Notes under the pieces: model-generated
What the model was told of the DNA's origin: nothing
The model's database searches: none
What the model saw: only the letters and a program-made list of their open reading frames with translations
Part shown: piece after piece, positions 1 through 13,259 of the stretch
Layout of the letters: each line of letters begins with the position of its first letter
Position numbering within the stretch: the first letter of the stretch is position 1
Source: Octopus sinensis
Lineage: Eukaryota
Direction of reading: 5' to 3'
NCBI RefSeq assembly: GCF_006345805.1
Contig: NC_043012.1
Location: forward strand, 58,404,001-58,468,000
Length of the DNA: 64,000 bases
Position numbers and translations under genes: made by a program

Positions 1-719
1 TGGAATATAGGACCTTGAGGCAAATAAGTTGTAAATAATAGCTTGTGATTTTTACAGCAGAGCTGGGATCCGATGCCATAAGGAGCCTTCATCGTCTTTT
101 TCTACCCCAAGTGTTTTTTGTGATACATGGCATGACATGTCAATATGCCAATTGAATGTATCTTAAAGCATGAAACTATTGTAATTGTGTATATTAAACA
201 ATGTTTACGTTTCTCTGGATGGAATACCTTTTTGATGATCTTACCTATACTGTAACAGTAACCAACACACACACATATCTACCTTACAAAATTTGTAAAT
301 ATCATACATGCTAATTAGGGATCCATCGTAATTAGTTTCATCGTGACATTTTCTAATTACTCTGCTCAAAATATCCGTCCACAAACCTTAGACTGTATGG
401 GGAAATAAGAAAAGGTAAGTCACCAGCATGAATAAAATATGCGTTATATATTACGCCATAGCAGCCCTTCTGATGAAAAACTTTGTGTCGTGGTCTATGT
501 CTCTCTTCAGGCAGTGTAAAATAGATATGATGCTTGTGTTACCAGGATTATCATGTTATCAATGGTATTGCATATTCTACCGGAATAGCAGAATGAACAA
601 AACAGGAATATGTTATATTGATCTGAAAAGATTTATGTATTTATTCATTTATCTTTTTATCTCGCTAGTTCTCTCTCACGCTTTCTGCCTATCTATCTAT
701 CCGTCCTTTTGTATCTATT

Positions 720-721
<2 letters not shown>

Positions 722-769
<48 letters not shown>

Positions 770-911
770 CATTCATACATACATGCAATTTCACATATAC
801 ACATATAGTTATTTATATATGTATATGTATGTATATATATATATATACATATGTATATATGTATATATATTATATTATATATATATTATATATATATATA
901 TATATCCATAT

Positions 912-996
<85 letters not shown>

Positions 997-1115
997 GATA
1001 TATATATATATATGTATATATATATGTATGTATATATATGTATATATATATATATATATAATATATATATATATATATACATGACCGCGCACTCACACGC
1101 ACACATATATGTATG
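722..1115. repeat. Degenerate (TA)n microsatellite
   Basis: Long TA dinucleotide run with TATG/TACA interruptions; explains the overlapping YIYI-type ORFs. Confidence 0.95.
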
Positions 1116-2894
1116 AATACATATATGCCTATTCATACGAACATGCATGTACGCAGAAAGGCTCGCGCACATGCACTGGCATACACGCGCACATACATAC
1201 ATAGTATGTTTTTCTTCATATGACAGCCATTCAGCATTTGAAATGAAAGATACCATATTAGTAAAATATTATCTTCAAATAGAATATTGTGAAATATTTG
1301 GAAGTTTTTTCAAATTCCTGCTACTTCTTTATAAGCAATCTGAGAAGAAATAAAACGATGGAAAAGAGAAAAAGACAAATGGAATGAAAACAGAAAAAAT
1401 AAAACTAAAGAAAAAGCGTAAGAGAAGTAAAACAATAACTGCAAATATAATGAAATTTTTGGTTGTCATCGCTGTTGTTTAAAATTTATTAGTATATTTA
1501 ACATTAATCAATGCAAGCTTGCTTATGCTGCCAATCTGACTTTGCAAAGGACTCGGCCATTGATAGAAAATGTATTTCTTGCACATCCTGTCTGTAAATA
1601 TTTGAATTTTTTCATTCATTCACTCATTCATTCTCTCATTCACTCCTTCATTCATACAGAGGCGTTTGCTGTCAGGTTTTAACAATAGAAGTTTTAATCA
1701 CACCATACCTGCCAAAATATAATATTCTTGCACATAACTCAGAGAAACAAACATCGCCGTATTAATTTGGTTGCATGCTCGCTAATTGCTATTTAGATAT
1801 TTTTGTTGTTCTTTGTCTTGATTTTTTCTTTGACTTTTATGGCAAGAGTCACAGACAAACACGGCCATCCATTTCACATGACAGTCATTTTTGTATCAGG
1901 GGAAAAATTTCTCCTTCAGTGTGATTTATTTGTCAATGTTTAGCTGCTGCCACAAATAATTATAATCAAGCTGAAATCCTTGACGCTTTTTTTTCTCTCT
2001 TTCCTCCTCCCTTAGAATCTCCAATTCTTTGGTATTGAAATTTTAGAGTGCAAATTTACAGGGCTGTTTGCCATAGCTGATTTCATTTTTAATTGAATAT
2101 CAAAAGAAAAAGAAACCAAAGCAACAAAAACAAAATGTATTTGAAACAAAAGGAGAAAAATATTGAATAAATTTGTTTTAAAGTTAAACAAACAAAGGTG
2201 CGATTGCTGTAGAATGAACATCAGCTTCCGGAGAACAGTGTTCAATATAGGATCGATCCTTCACTTCACTCTTTCTCCTTCACGTATCTGCAACTTCCAG
2301 CTGTAATTTGAAGAGAAATCCGATCCGCACTACTGATTTCTTCCCACGACACACTTCCTGAAAATAATATCATCGTTCGATGAGCTAATGGGCCATTAAT
2401 GGTTGCAAAATACGCGAGCAACAAACATGAACATCTGAAGTAAAATGCTCTAAAAATCAATTCTATAATGTCTGATATTATGAATATTATAAATTTAAAT
2501 ATTTACAATGTCCTCAAGGAAATTGGTTGAAAATATATCGTAAATGTAATGAAATGTGTATTGAGAAATATGGTATGCAAGCTCTCAATATGGAGGAAGC
2601 ATTTGTGATGTTCCTTTTTTTACAGTTCTAATGTATTGAATTATTTCTTTACTCAATTTCTTGTTATGAAAAAACGCTTTAGATTCTTCTAAATGATATT
2701 TTTTAAACTATTATCTTTATTTCTACAGTAATTAATTAACGAAAAAAAAGTTAAAAAATAAGCAATAAAATCGAGGAACAAAAAATTATGTTCTTTATTC
2801 TGATATCGAAAAATCTTTTATCGTTTATTTATTTCCGTTATCGGACTGTAACGAAGCGTTTTGTTACGTCTGATACTTATTTTAATCAATCCAT

Positions 2895-2990
2895 TTTTCC
2901 GAACCGCTAAGTTACTGGAACAAACCAACACAGGTAGTCAAGCGGTAGTGAGGAACAAACACACACACACATACACACACACATGCGTAT
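2895..2990 (-). mobile_element. SINE family 1 fragment
   Basis: ccgaaccgctaagttac...gtcaagcg...aaacacacac matches the tail and internal microsatellite of the full copies in this window (e.g. 28389-28783). Confidence 0.7.
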
Positions 2991-3927
2991 ATCAATTTGT
3001 AAAGAAAGTTTTGTCTATTTTTTAAGGCTTAATAAACAATAAAAATGCATTTTCGATTTCTCCTCTTGAAGTAAGTCTCAATCGACTCAAATGATTTGGC
3101 AAACTTCTAAAGAGATGCTAATCTGTATGTGCCACGCTCGTAGAATATGGTGGATGAAGCATAATTTTCCAGGTATAATTTTCGAGATCTTTCCTCTTTT
3201 GTGCAGTGAGATGTCTATCGTTATCATAATGAAGGACGACTCCTTTTCTATTAGCTACCGATAAGACGTTTTTGCTGCAAAGCTGCTTTCAAACGTCTTG
3301 CCTCTGTCATGGGCTGTTATTACTTAATTATCGTCTGGCGGCTCGTATGAATTATTCCACGCATATCCCACCATACGCTTAGAAGAATCTTTCTTGGACA
3401 TAGGCCACTTCCATGCAGCTGGGCAGGCACTTCACTACAACTGGAACACTGACCGTTTCGTTTTACATTATGGTAAAGTACCCATTTTTCATCTGCATTG
3501 ACGACTCTATCCAAAAATGTCACTTGCAGCTCACGAGGTCGAAATGACGCACAGCAGACAACATATTGTTTGCGATTGTCTGCAGAGAGATCATGTGGGA
3601 CCCATTTTCTAACTTTTAACACTTTACCAAGCCTTTTCAATAGCCGATGAATGTGTAGTATGGCGCATACTGAGACTTTTGATTAGTTCTCGAACTCTAA
3701 CACTGAGGATTGCATTAAGATACAATCGCCTTGGCCGCTATTCTTTTGGTTCATCCTACTGGCCGTAGTTACTCAAATGCGAAAACCATCTTCCGCATTT
3801 TCGTTCAGTCACTATACCATCACCATAAGTGTTTTGGGGGTGATTTTGCTGCTACAGTTGAACTATTTCCTTTCTGAAATTCGTAAGGAATAACATATCT
3901 AATATGTTCTTCGCTCAGAGTGAACAT
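2990..3927 (-). pseudogene. Decayed mariner (DD34D-type) transposase
   Basis: Minus-strand translation across stops and frameshifts gives MFTLSEEHIRYVIPYEFQKGN..., WVPHDL, ADEKWVLY, LLSVWWD, NRKGVVLHYDN and HPPYS..VA.TD.HLFRSL, which are mariner motifs. Confidence 0.9.
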
Positions 3928-3999
3928 GGGGCCAATACAACAAGTTCAGTTATGAGAAAATAGATAAAATCTGAAAGAAAATGAAGGAAAATATATTAG

Positions 4000-4146
4000 C
4001 GGTTCAGCAAAAGAGACCGATAGAATAAGTACTGGGCTTACAAAGAATAAGTCCCGGGGTCGATTTGCTCGACTAAAGGCGGTGCTCAAGCATGGCCGTA
4101 GTCAAATGACTGAAACAAGTAAAAGAGTAAAAGAGTAAAAGAGTAA
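4000..4146 (+). mobile_element. SINE family 1, 3' tail
   Basis: agcggttcagcaaaagagaccgatagaataagtact...gtcaaatgactgaaacaag followed by a (taaaagag)n tail. Confidence 0.85.
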
Positions 4147-4239
4147 TGATTCCATCATATTTCAAACAGAACTGCGAAGTTAAACACCTTGAAATTTAAC
4201 TAGATATTTACTTAAAAACAAAACAAACAGAACTCTCCT

Positions 4240-4253
4240 TACACACAGACACA

Positions 4254-4287
<34 letters not shown>

Positions 4288-4509
4288 ACACACACACACA
4301 CACACATACATACACGCACGCACACACGAATAAATAAATATACACCATAGTTTTTCAGTTTCCATCTACCAAATCTACTTAGAAAGCTTTGGTGTCCCGA
4401 GGCTTTAGCTGAAGTCACTTGCCCAAGGTGCCACAGTGCGGAACTGAACCCGTAATCAGAAAGTTGAGAAGGGAAGTAAGCTTCCTACCCCGCTGTCATA
4501 TCTGCGCCT
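4240..4509 (-). mobile_element. SINE family 1, 5' half (tRNA-like head) with internal (CA)n
   Basis: Reverse complement starts aggcgcag..., then ggttcagttc (B-box-like), gcaccttgggcaagtg and gatttggtagatggaaactgaaa. Confidence 0.8.
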
Positions 4510-4513
4510 TTTT

Positions 4514-4632
4514 AAAAGGTGTTTCCAACACCCAGTTTTTCCAAGCGGTCACGCAAGTACTAACTAGGCACGATATTTCCTAATGTCGGCGATCAAATGA
4601 GAAATGACCTAACAATATTTAGCGTTCTATTT
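4514..4632 (-). pseudogene. Decayed 5S rRNA-derived sequence
   Basis: Reverse complement ttctcatttgatcgccgacattaggaaatatcgtgcctagttagtacttg-cgtgaccgcttggaaaaactgggtgttggaa...tttt is colinear with metazoan 5S rRNA as I recall it (TTCTCGTCCGATCACCGAAGTTAAGCAACGTCGGGCCCGGTTAGTACTTGGATGGGTGACCGCCTGGGAATACCGGGTGTTG). It has a ~5-nt deletion near box C and ends in a T4 run. Confidence 0.75.
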
Positions 4633-5293
4633 TTCGTATATCTTTTTATTCTCACCCTACACTCGCTAAAATCTAAAATGTCTTGGTCACATCAAAAACT
4701 ACTAATTCTGTTGATTCATTGCTTTTATATTAAATTAAGTTATGATTGTTCATCAGCTGCAACCCCAGTAGTACTGTTACTACTAAAGTTGGTTTTCAAG
4801 TTATACCTGGATTATTTTCGCACTGCTATGGTACAAAAATATCTCGAATAATTTACTGAGTATACATATTCATTTTTTAACACAGGCACCAGTGGATGGC
4901 TAAGGTTAATTATAACGTTCTAAAACTTAATTGGCAATTATTTCATCAACTCCTGATGGATGGAAAAATAGTTAGATCTATCTTCGGGGGATATGTGCAC
5001 TGGTATAGGTATATATATCAAGGAATTTCGTCACTCACCTTACTAATCCAGCCAAGCTGATGGTTCTGTACGAAATTAACGAAAATATTATACATTCAGA
5101 AGCACTCCAATAAACCACATCATAAGTATAATTACAAAATGAAGTATAGAGTCAGCAAGTTCTCCTATTACTTTAATATACAATTGTTGCATTGAAACTC
5201 GACTTTATGAAAATGTTATATTATGCAACAACGGATGCTACAATTTATTTGTGAGGTCTCAAACTGAAGTCATGAGAATTATGTACTGAAATA

Positions 5294-5997
5294 TTGGGTT
5301 GCCCGGAAAGTTTGTACCGATTTATAGTAGCTTAGCTTTCGACTGTTTTAGAACATGGTTGAGTCCATAAAATAGGATTTTTTTTATTGAGTGTTCGTTT
5401 TTGTTTTAGTTATCTTTTTATCTTTTTTTTCTTTTTTGCTTCCTCTGGGAATTAAATTATTAAAAATAACGAACCCTAAAACGAAACTTTGAATTTGTTA
5501 TGTAAACTTTGCTATTTGAAAGTATTTGAAGGGCAACAGAGTTCATGAAGATGATTTATTTCCCTTATAGCAAAATATTAATTTAAAAGCTCCATTAAGA
5601 GCATAGTTTAAGCTATCTTGACGTGGAAGAAGGTTTATGTTCCTATAACCTGTGTTCATTCTGTAACCCTTTAAAATGCTCTGGGAACCAGATAAAAATT
5701 GCTGCAGCTCGGCTGGGATGTGTTACCCCACCCTCCATGTCCACCAGATATACCTCCTTCGGATTTCGACTTATTCAGGTCTCTGCAGAATAGTTTTAAT
5801 GGTAAAAGTTTCAATTCCTTAGATGACATAAAAAGATACCTTGATGAATTCTTTGCCATGAAACCACCTATGTTCTGGGAAGAGGGTATTTTCAAGTTAA
5901 TGGAAAGATGGAGATGCATTGTGCAACAAAATGGTTCATATTTGGTTGTTTAAAAATATAATGGTGAGTATTTATTGACCCTTTTCTTTAACAACAT
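5294..5997 (+). mobile_element. Non-autonomous mariner element (internally deleted), interrupted by a 214-bp insertion, right TIR missing
   Basis: TA plus left TIR ttgggttgcccggaaagtttgtaccg; encodes the transposase C-terminus LQLGWDVLPHPPCPPDIPPSDFDLFRSLQN...GIFKLMERW; same family as 59289-59838. Confidence 0.9.
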
Positions 5998-7178
5998 TCT
6001 ATAACAACATTCAGAAAATCGAATATCAATGAAACAATTGTAAATTCTTGTAACAAAAGGACTTGGTCACTTCCATTCCTTATTCACAACTGCAGAAAAT
6101 TGTGGACTTTCAGGCATGTGTTTCATAAAAAGAAGCAATCTCAGGTCTACTGTGTGTCTGATAGTCTGTGCTCTTGGATAGACTTAAAAAGGTAAAACTC
6201 AAAACTTAACAACCGAATCAAATTATATAAATGTGTCTGTGTATGTGTGTGTGTATGTGTGTGTATGTGTGTGTATGTGTGTATGTGTGTGTATGTGTAT
6301 TCATAAGGTTGTGGAAGGCAAGTGTCATTATAGCTTCGGACAAAATGCCTTGCAGTATTTGTTTTACATTTCCTATGCTCTGAGTTCAAATTTCGCCGGT
6401 TGATTAACTTTAACCTTTAGGCGTTGAAACAGTAAAGTACCACTCTTCACTGGGTTTCGATCTATTAGATTAAATTCTGCTTCCCACGTAGTGTTGTTAC
6501 CATATCATTATGCTAGAAACTATATAAATATATATATGGGCATATATATATATATAAGTATATGTAATGTGTGTGTGCGCGCGTGTTCTTTCGTCGATTC
6601 AGAAGGGATTTGAAATCTGAAAGACACTAAATATAAGACTTATTGACCTTCGCTTTGCAATTTCTAGCACCCCAGCACCTCATTTTCTCTTGTGAACATT
6701 TTATAAAATCTAAAATAAAATATTCTAAGATGCGAGATTACGCTTTTAGAAGTATAAAGGATTGTGTGGAAATGAGACGTTGCGGAGACCTTGCGTTTGC
6801 AGTAACAGGATTAGAGAAAAGAAATATTAAAGCCACACGCGCAAAACACGCTAAATCTATTGAATTAGTTGAATGGATCTAAATACTTAAAATGATTATT
6901 TGTTTCTTTAAACATTTTAAAGCTTCCATGAATGCCACCTTCAAAATGTCGTCTTTCACCTAAAGCTTTTAAATTAATATTTTGCTATAAGGGAAATAAA
7001 TCATCTTCATGAACTCTGTTGCCCTTCAAATACTTTCAAATAGCAAAGTTTACATAACAAATTCAAAGTTTCGTTTTAGGGTTCGTTATTTTTGATTATT
7101 TAATTCCCAGAGGAAGCATAAAAGAAAAAAATATATAAAAAGATAACTAAAACAAAAACGAACACTCAATAAAAAAAA
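5378..7178. repeat. ~214-bp inverted repeat pair (arms 5378-5591 and 6964-7178)
   Basis: Manual comparison of the reverse complement shows only a handful of differences; the spacer is ~1.37 kb. Confidence 0.95.
6305..6490 (+). mobile_element. SINE family 3, decayed
   Basis: aaatgccttgcagtattt...tctgagttcaaatttcgcc...aaagtacc motif shared with 38329, 57964 and 61456. Confidence 0.6.
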
Positions 7179-8635
7179 AAACTTATCGAAATAGTGCAGT
7201 AAATATTACTAATACGATGGAGGACTTCTAGAAAAAGTAAAAAAATCTGCGGCGGGAACATGAACACAATTTCATTTAATGAAGAATAATATTCCACAAA
7301 AGTTGATTTCAAGTTAGAAAAGTTATATATTTAAGAATTAAAAAATTAACACATAGTATTAAAGCATTCGAGGCAATGAAATAAGTTTATTTTTTTGCGT
7401 GTATTTAGCTTCTTGTTTTCCTCATACTGATTACTCCAGCTAAGAAGTAAAATTTCTCAAAATCTTCGAAACCATCTACGACTTAATCAAGTACATTATT
7501 GCACATTACTAGTCAATTAGCAAGCCACTTCGCTGTTTCTCAGCTTGCTAGAAAAAGCAGTTAAATTTTTCGTTGACCATACATTCTATACTATTTGCCT
7601 GCTAACAAAATATCTTAGCACGAAACTTTAGTTTGCCGGGAAGTGAACTCTCACTTTCTAGAAATTGTTTCCCTTCTTTGAGAAGCTGTGCCTCTGGACT
7701 TTTGTTCTACTTCAACTAAAAAACACAATTTAGAACACAAATGCTTCCCAATATCAGTCTCACATTGGAGCAGCAAATATTCCGTCTCATATCGGCCAGA
7801 CCAAAAATAAGCAAGACACACCAGAAAAGTCTCATCCTGCTCTGCAACGGCATGAAATTTACAAATGTCAGAAGAGACAACATAGAATTTATTTTATCGC
7901 TTCCACAGTGTTTCAATCACTACTCCTACCCTCCTAAAGGAGAATAAGAGGAATAAGGTGACGACGGATGCGGCGACAGTTAGACTTCCTTGCAGCACTT
8001 AAGTGATCGAGGTACTAGATCCTAGGCTAGCTGTCCTAGTCAATTCATTGCTAAGATTCTGTATCAGTAACCAGGCTGCAATTTGCGAGACATATTTTGA
8101 CATGAAATGAATGTGAAGTTGTGGGATATTAAATGACGAAGACCCTATCAAGAAAGACAGTAGAAAAAGCAGGCAGGTAAGTGACGGCATGGATCGAACA
8201 AGAATATAAAACACACATGAAGCACATGTTGACGTGATGTGAAATTAAGAAGGGCTTTAATAGTTTATGCTCATTTTCCTACCGAGGAAAACCGTCGCTT
8301 CGTAAATCACTGACAAACAATCTCTTTTGGTGTGTTTTTTATAAATTTTTTTATTGGCAGCCTAACAACTTCATGACCGACCTCTGGGGGTGTCTATGAT
8401 AAACTACAGGTGAAAATAAAACTAACTGCATGTCAAGTATTATATGATAAATTCTCATCAGATACGGGTAGATTTCACTCTAATCCTATATTGAGGAGGA
8501 TCACGAATAAATTTAGAGTGTTCATGTTTAAGTACCGGGTGGAAAGAAAAACAATCCAGGTCATAGCTGCTCTGAACCAACAAAATGACGGCTTCTCAAG
8601 CATGCGTAGATAGGTTGCTCATGTTTTACTAGATG

Positions 8636-8829
8636 TATGTATGTATGTATGTATGTATGTATGTATGTATGTATGTATGCATGTATGTATGTGTGTATGT
8701 ATGTATGTGTGTATGTATGTATGTACGTGTGTATGTAGGCGTGTATGTGTGTATGTATGTATGTGTGTGTATGTATGTATGTATGTATGTATGTATGTAT
8801 GTGTGTGTCTGTGTATGTATGTATGTATG

Positions 8830-8861
<32 letters not shown>

Positions 8862-9240
8862 CATGTATGTGTGTGTGTATATATGTATGTATGTATGCAT
8901 GCATGCATGTATGTATAGATGTATGTATGCATATTTGTATGTATGTATGTATGCATGTATGTATGTATTCATGTATGTATGTGTGTGTGTATGCATGTAT
9001 GTATGCATGTATGTATGTATGTATGTATGTATGCATGTGTGTATGTATGTATGTATGTATGTACGTATGTATGTATGTATGTATGTATGTATGTATGTAT
9101 GTATGTATGTATGTATGTATGTATGTATGAATGCATGTATGTGTGTGTGTATGTATGTGTGTGTGTTTTTGTGTGTGCGTGTGTGTGTGCGTGCATGCGT
9201 GCGTGTGTGTGCGTGCGTGCGTGCGTGTGTGTGTGTGAGC
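8636..9240. repeat. (TATG)n/(TG)n compound microsatellite
   Basis: Direct reading; source of the MYVC/HTYI ORFs. Confidence 0.95.
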
Positions 9241-9644
9241 TTTATATAAATTTATGTTTTGTAATTTTTTATGTACGTTCCTGTGGTTTGAACCGTCCGA
9301 AATTAGGAACATCATGTTAATCACTAGATCAAGGCATTTCCAAAACAGTGTTGCCGTTGCCACTCCACCCTATACTGGCCGGTAGAAAGGGACGTAAATC
9401 TCGTAGCTGGTTGCAAAGGAAGTGATTGAGTTTGACTCACAATACTTTCTCACATTGATAGTTACCACGACTAAAAGCATTGAACAGAGATCGTTAGGCT
9501 GGTGGCTCTGCTTTCACAACAACCTCAAGAAACGTGCATCGCTTTCACCTTTAGTTACTATGTTCAAATGAAGACGAAGAGGGGAAATTAGTAAACGTAC
9601 CCTAACCCTCTGTTAGACTGGACAACCAACACCCTCTACACTAT

Positions 9645-10042
9645 TCTTTTATTCCTATATTTGTTTCAGTCATTTGACTGCAGCCATGCTGGAGCATCGC
9701 CTTTAGTCGAAACAAATCGACTTATTCTTTGTAAGCCTAGTACTTATCGCATCGGTCTCTTTTGCCGAACCGCAAAGTTACGGGGTCGTAAACACACCAA
9801 CATCCGTTGTCAAGCAATGGCGGGGGTACAAACACAGACACACAATCACATACACACACACAGGCACACACACAAACACACACACACATATATATGCATA
9901 TACATATATACCACGGGCTCCTTTCAGTTTGCATATACCAAATCCACTCACAAATCTTTAGTCGGCCCGAGGCTATAGTAGAAGACACTTGCCCAAAGTG
10001 CCACGCAGTGGAAGTGAACCCGGGACCAGATGGTTGGTTATA
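9645..10042 (-). mobile_element. SINE family 1, near full length
   Basis: tttcagtcatttgactgcagccatgctggagc...(CA)n...cactt gcccaaagtgccacgcagtgg...gaacccggg; colinear with other copies. Confidence 0.9.
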
Positions 10043-10695
10043 CCTAATCCTAATGTTGTGATCACCTGTTCGTTAGATAAAAGAGTTTCCAAATCATTCA
10101 CATTTTATTTGAGATGCCTGTATGTTTTCGAACAAATATCATCAAATTCACAGTTCTTAATTTCAAGAAGAGCATAGATGACAAGTTCATTAAAGGATTC
10201 TGATATGTTGTTCCTGATGTTGGAATATCGGTTGTTTCTGTGTGTCTTCTTTCTGTTCTTGGTGCTTTCATTCTTGTATTTTTTGCTGTATCTTTTCTAG
10301 TTATTGCAGTTTTTGTTTCTATTGTTCCTCTTGTCTTCCGTTTGTCGTGTTTCTCGTAGATTCTTGTTTTGCTCGCTTTTCCTTTCGTTGCCAATCTCCT
10401 GCGCTCTAACATATCGAAGTTCATCCAAATGAAAATCGGTACCGCGTTCTTAGAGCAAATCACCACTGAAGGATTCCTAGTGTTGAGTTTAATATCTACG
10501 ACAAATAACATGAAGCTGCTCCGCGCGCACACCAATCAGACTGGAAGCAACAATCACATGATAATTTCCAGGCAGTACATACCACACATTGTGCTATTAC
10601 AAATTATTATGTGGTAAGGTTAACACACAGACACTTACACACAGAAATACAAATATTATACTGATGTGTTAGTGATTTGGAGCAGAGCACACTCT

Positions 10696-10732
10696 CAACG
10701 TATGCGTTTCGAACGGACATTCTAGTCGAAAG
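10696..10732 (-). ncRNA. Degenerate minimal hammerhead-like motif
   Basis: Reverse complement ...tcgacta gaat-gtcc-gttc GAAAC gcat a...: stem II and GAAAC are present, but the core and the stem III palindrome are mutated. Confidence 0.3.
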
Positions 10733-10839
10733 AATACTAAGATCAAGAGAACTAAAGATAAAAGGGAAAAATATCAAAGAAAGTCATAAATAACACTTAA
10801 TACGCCATTCCTAAGAAAGGCGTATATTTACAATAATAT

Positions 10840-11705
10840 TACACACACACACACATACACACAAACACACACACACGCTGAAACAAATTTACAACCACAC
10901 AGGCGTACACAGGCACACGTGTCTTAATGTTGTGTTGCTATACATACATACAAACATATATATATATACATGTGTGTATAATACATAAAGACTCATTTAA
11001 CATATATTTAGAACTAATGATATGCATATATATATGTACGTACATACGTATGTATCTGCATACACAGACACAGGTATCTATATATACATGCATACATATA
11101 TATGCATATATATATATATATATATATATAGACATATACACACACACTTATATATACATATATACATATATTCAAATATACACGAACATATTCTTGTTTA
11201 TATATTCATATAAGAACGTATATATGAATATATACATAATTATACATATATGTATATATATGCATATAATATACATTTAGACGTACACTGGCATATATGT
11301 TCAAATACACCTATTTATATGTCCATAAATATATATATATATATATATATTCATATGTTAATATTGATGTGCATATATATTTGCATATACATTATACGGA
11401 CATATGTATATATGTACATATAATTATAAATTAATAATATATATATATACATGTACTAATAGACATAGATATATTTGCATAATTTATGCATATATATGAA
11501 TATTTGTATGTAGTCATATATGGTTATATGTATGATTACTCATATACATACATACACACACTTATGTAAGAATATATATATGTACACCCACACCCAGACC
11601 CACACCCGCGCACACACACACACACACACATTCACACATATATATATATATATTTATACACATACATACATGTACACACAACACGCTTATATATATATAT
11701 ATGTG
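10840..11705. repeat. Degenerate TA/CA microsatellite-rich tract
   Basis: Direct reading. Confidence 0.85.
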
Positions 11706-12074
11706 GGGGGGGGGGTTAAATATGTATGTACATCAGAGAAAGTCTTTGTATTGAAATGCCTATATATAGTGTTCTTGATAACGTAACAAATAACAGTAAC
11801 AACAAGAACTGCAGCAACAACAAGAAACGAAGAAGAAGATGAAGAAGAAAATCTGAAGCAAAAAACAAAAAAATAAAATAAAATGAAATTAAACAAACGA
11901 AACTTTTTTCGTCCATTTTTTCATTTTTTTTTATTTTATATCTTATACACAATTCTATTTCTAAGAAAAATTCAAATATATTCCAACAACAGGCTTATTA
12001 AATAAACTGAATAATAAAACAACTTTTAGGATAATAACGTTATGATCATATAAATCCTTATTATTATTAACATT

Positions 12075-12096
12075 GTCATTGTTATTATTATTATTA

Positions 12097-12134
<38 letters not shown>

Positions 12135-12155
12135 ATTATTATTATTATTATATTA

Positions 12156-12230
<75 letters not shown>
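12075..12230. repeat. (TTA)n microsatellite
   Basis: Direct reading; explains the poly-Ile ORF 12026-12565. Confidence 0.95.
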
Positions 12231-13083
12231 TTCATAATCATCTTCATCGTTTCTCGTGTTATTTTATTGTATTTTTCTTTCGAATAAACAAACAAGTTTT
12301 TCATTTGAGTTTTTGAAATTAGCATTAGAATGAAATATAGAGATTGTACGGTATTTTTCCTAATAGCAATCAATGATGAAGACGAATGAGGCAATAGAAA
12401 GTGTGGAGTTGACGTGTAATTTTCAGCTGCTAACAATATTAATTTGTTCCAACTGTTTGTAAGCGAGACAACAAAGGTTGTGTTGACAATTAATTTTATC
12501 ATCAAATATTTTAAATTCCATTCTATGCTATCATTAAAATGTCTTCCTATTAAAATAATAAGCATTTAATGATAAATGTTAGAAATTTGTTTGTTTGTCT
12601 GTTTGCTTGTCGCTTTTTGTATTTTCTTTGTGCGTTTGTATTATTATTTATTATTATTATTATTATTTTCATAATCATCTTCATCGTTTCTCGTGTTATT
12701 TTATTGTATTTTTCTTCGAATAAACAAACAAGTTTTTCATTTGAGTTTTTGAAATTAGCATTAGAATGAAATATAGAGATTGTACGGTATTTTTCCTAAT
12801 AGCATCAATGATGAAGACGAATGAGGCAATAGAAAGTGTGGAGTTGACGTGTAATTTTCAGCTGCTAACAATATTAATTTGTTCCAACTGTTTGTAAGCG
12901 AGACAACAAAGGTTGTGTTGACAATTAATTTTATCATCAAATATTTTAAATTCCATTCTATGCTATCATTAAAATGTCTTCCTATTAAAATAATAAGCAT
13001 TTAATGATAAATGTTAGAAATTTGTTTGTTTGTCTGTTTGCTTGTCGCTTTTTGTATTTTCTTTGTGCGTTTGTATTATTATT
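12231..13083 (+). repeat. Near-identical tandem duplication, period ~437 bp
   Basis: Copy 1 starts at 12231 and copy 2 at 12668. The differences I could see are two 1-bp indels (ttttctttcg/ttttcttcg; tagcaatc/tagcatc). Junctions lie in (TTA)n. Confidence 0.95.
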
Positions 13084-13259
13084 TTATTTCTTGAAATTAT
13101 GTTTCGTCTTTCTTTCTATTTTCTTAGACATACGTTATTATATAAAGAACTACTTTCTCCGTCTACCTCCACCCGAAATAATAACTAGTAAATAAATAAA
13201 TATGTAAAAGAAATAAATATAACATAATACACAGCAATAACAAATAGTAAAGAATGAAA

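Noticed and set aside
428-1353. Several 70-135 aa ORFs (YIYI..., also at 8.6-9.3, 11, 17, 25.5-26.2, 29, 47, 55 and 58 kb)
   Set aside because: They are translations of TA/TATG/CA microsatellites, which lack stops in some frames.
2266-2460. Minus-strand ORF with a good acceptor (attattttcag) near 2360
   Set aside because: All frames stop within ~30 codons, there is no clear donor, and no homology was recognised.
7650-8182. Strong CAG|GTAAGT donor at 8176/8177 and 60-85 codon open frames on both strands
   Set aside because: No acceptor gives an open exon up to the donor, and the peptides are unrecognised.
10098-10617. 145-aa minus ORF and a hydrophobic, membrane-protein-like plus frame
   Set aside because: Strong A/T strand skew explains both. 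The plus frame has two stops and no receptor motifs.
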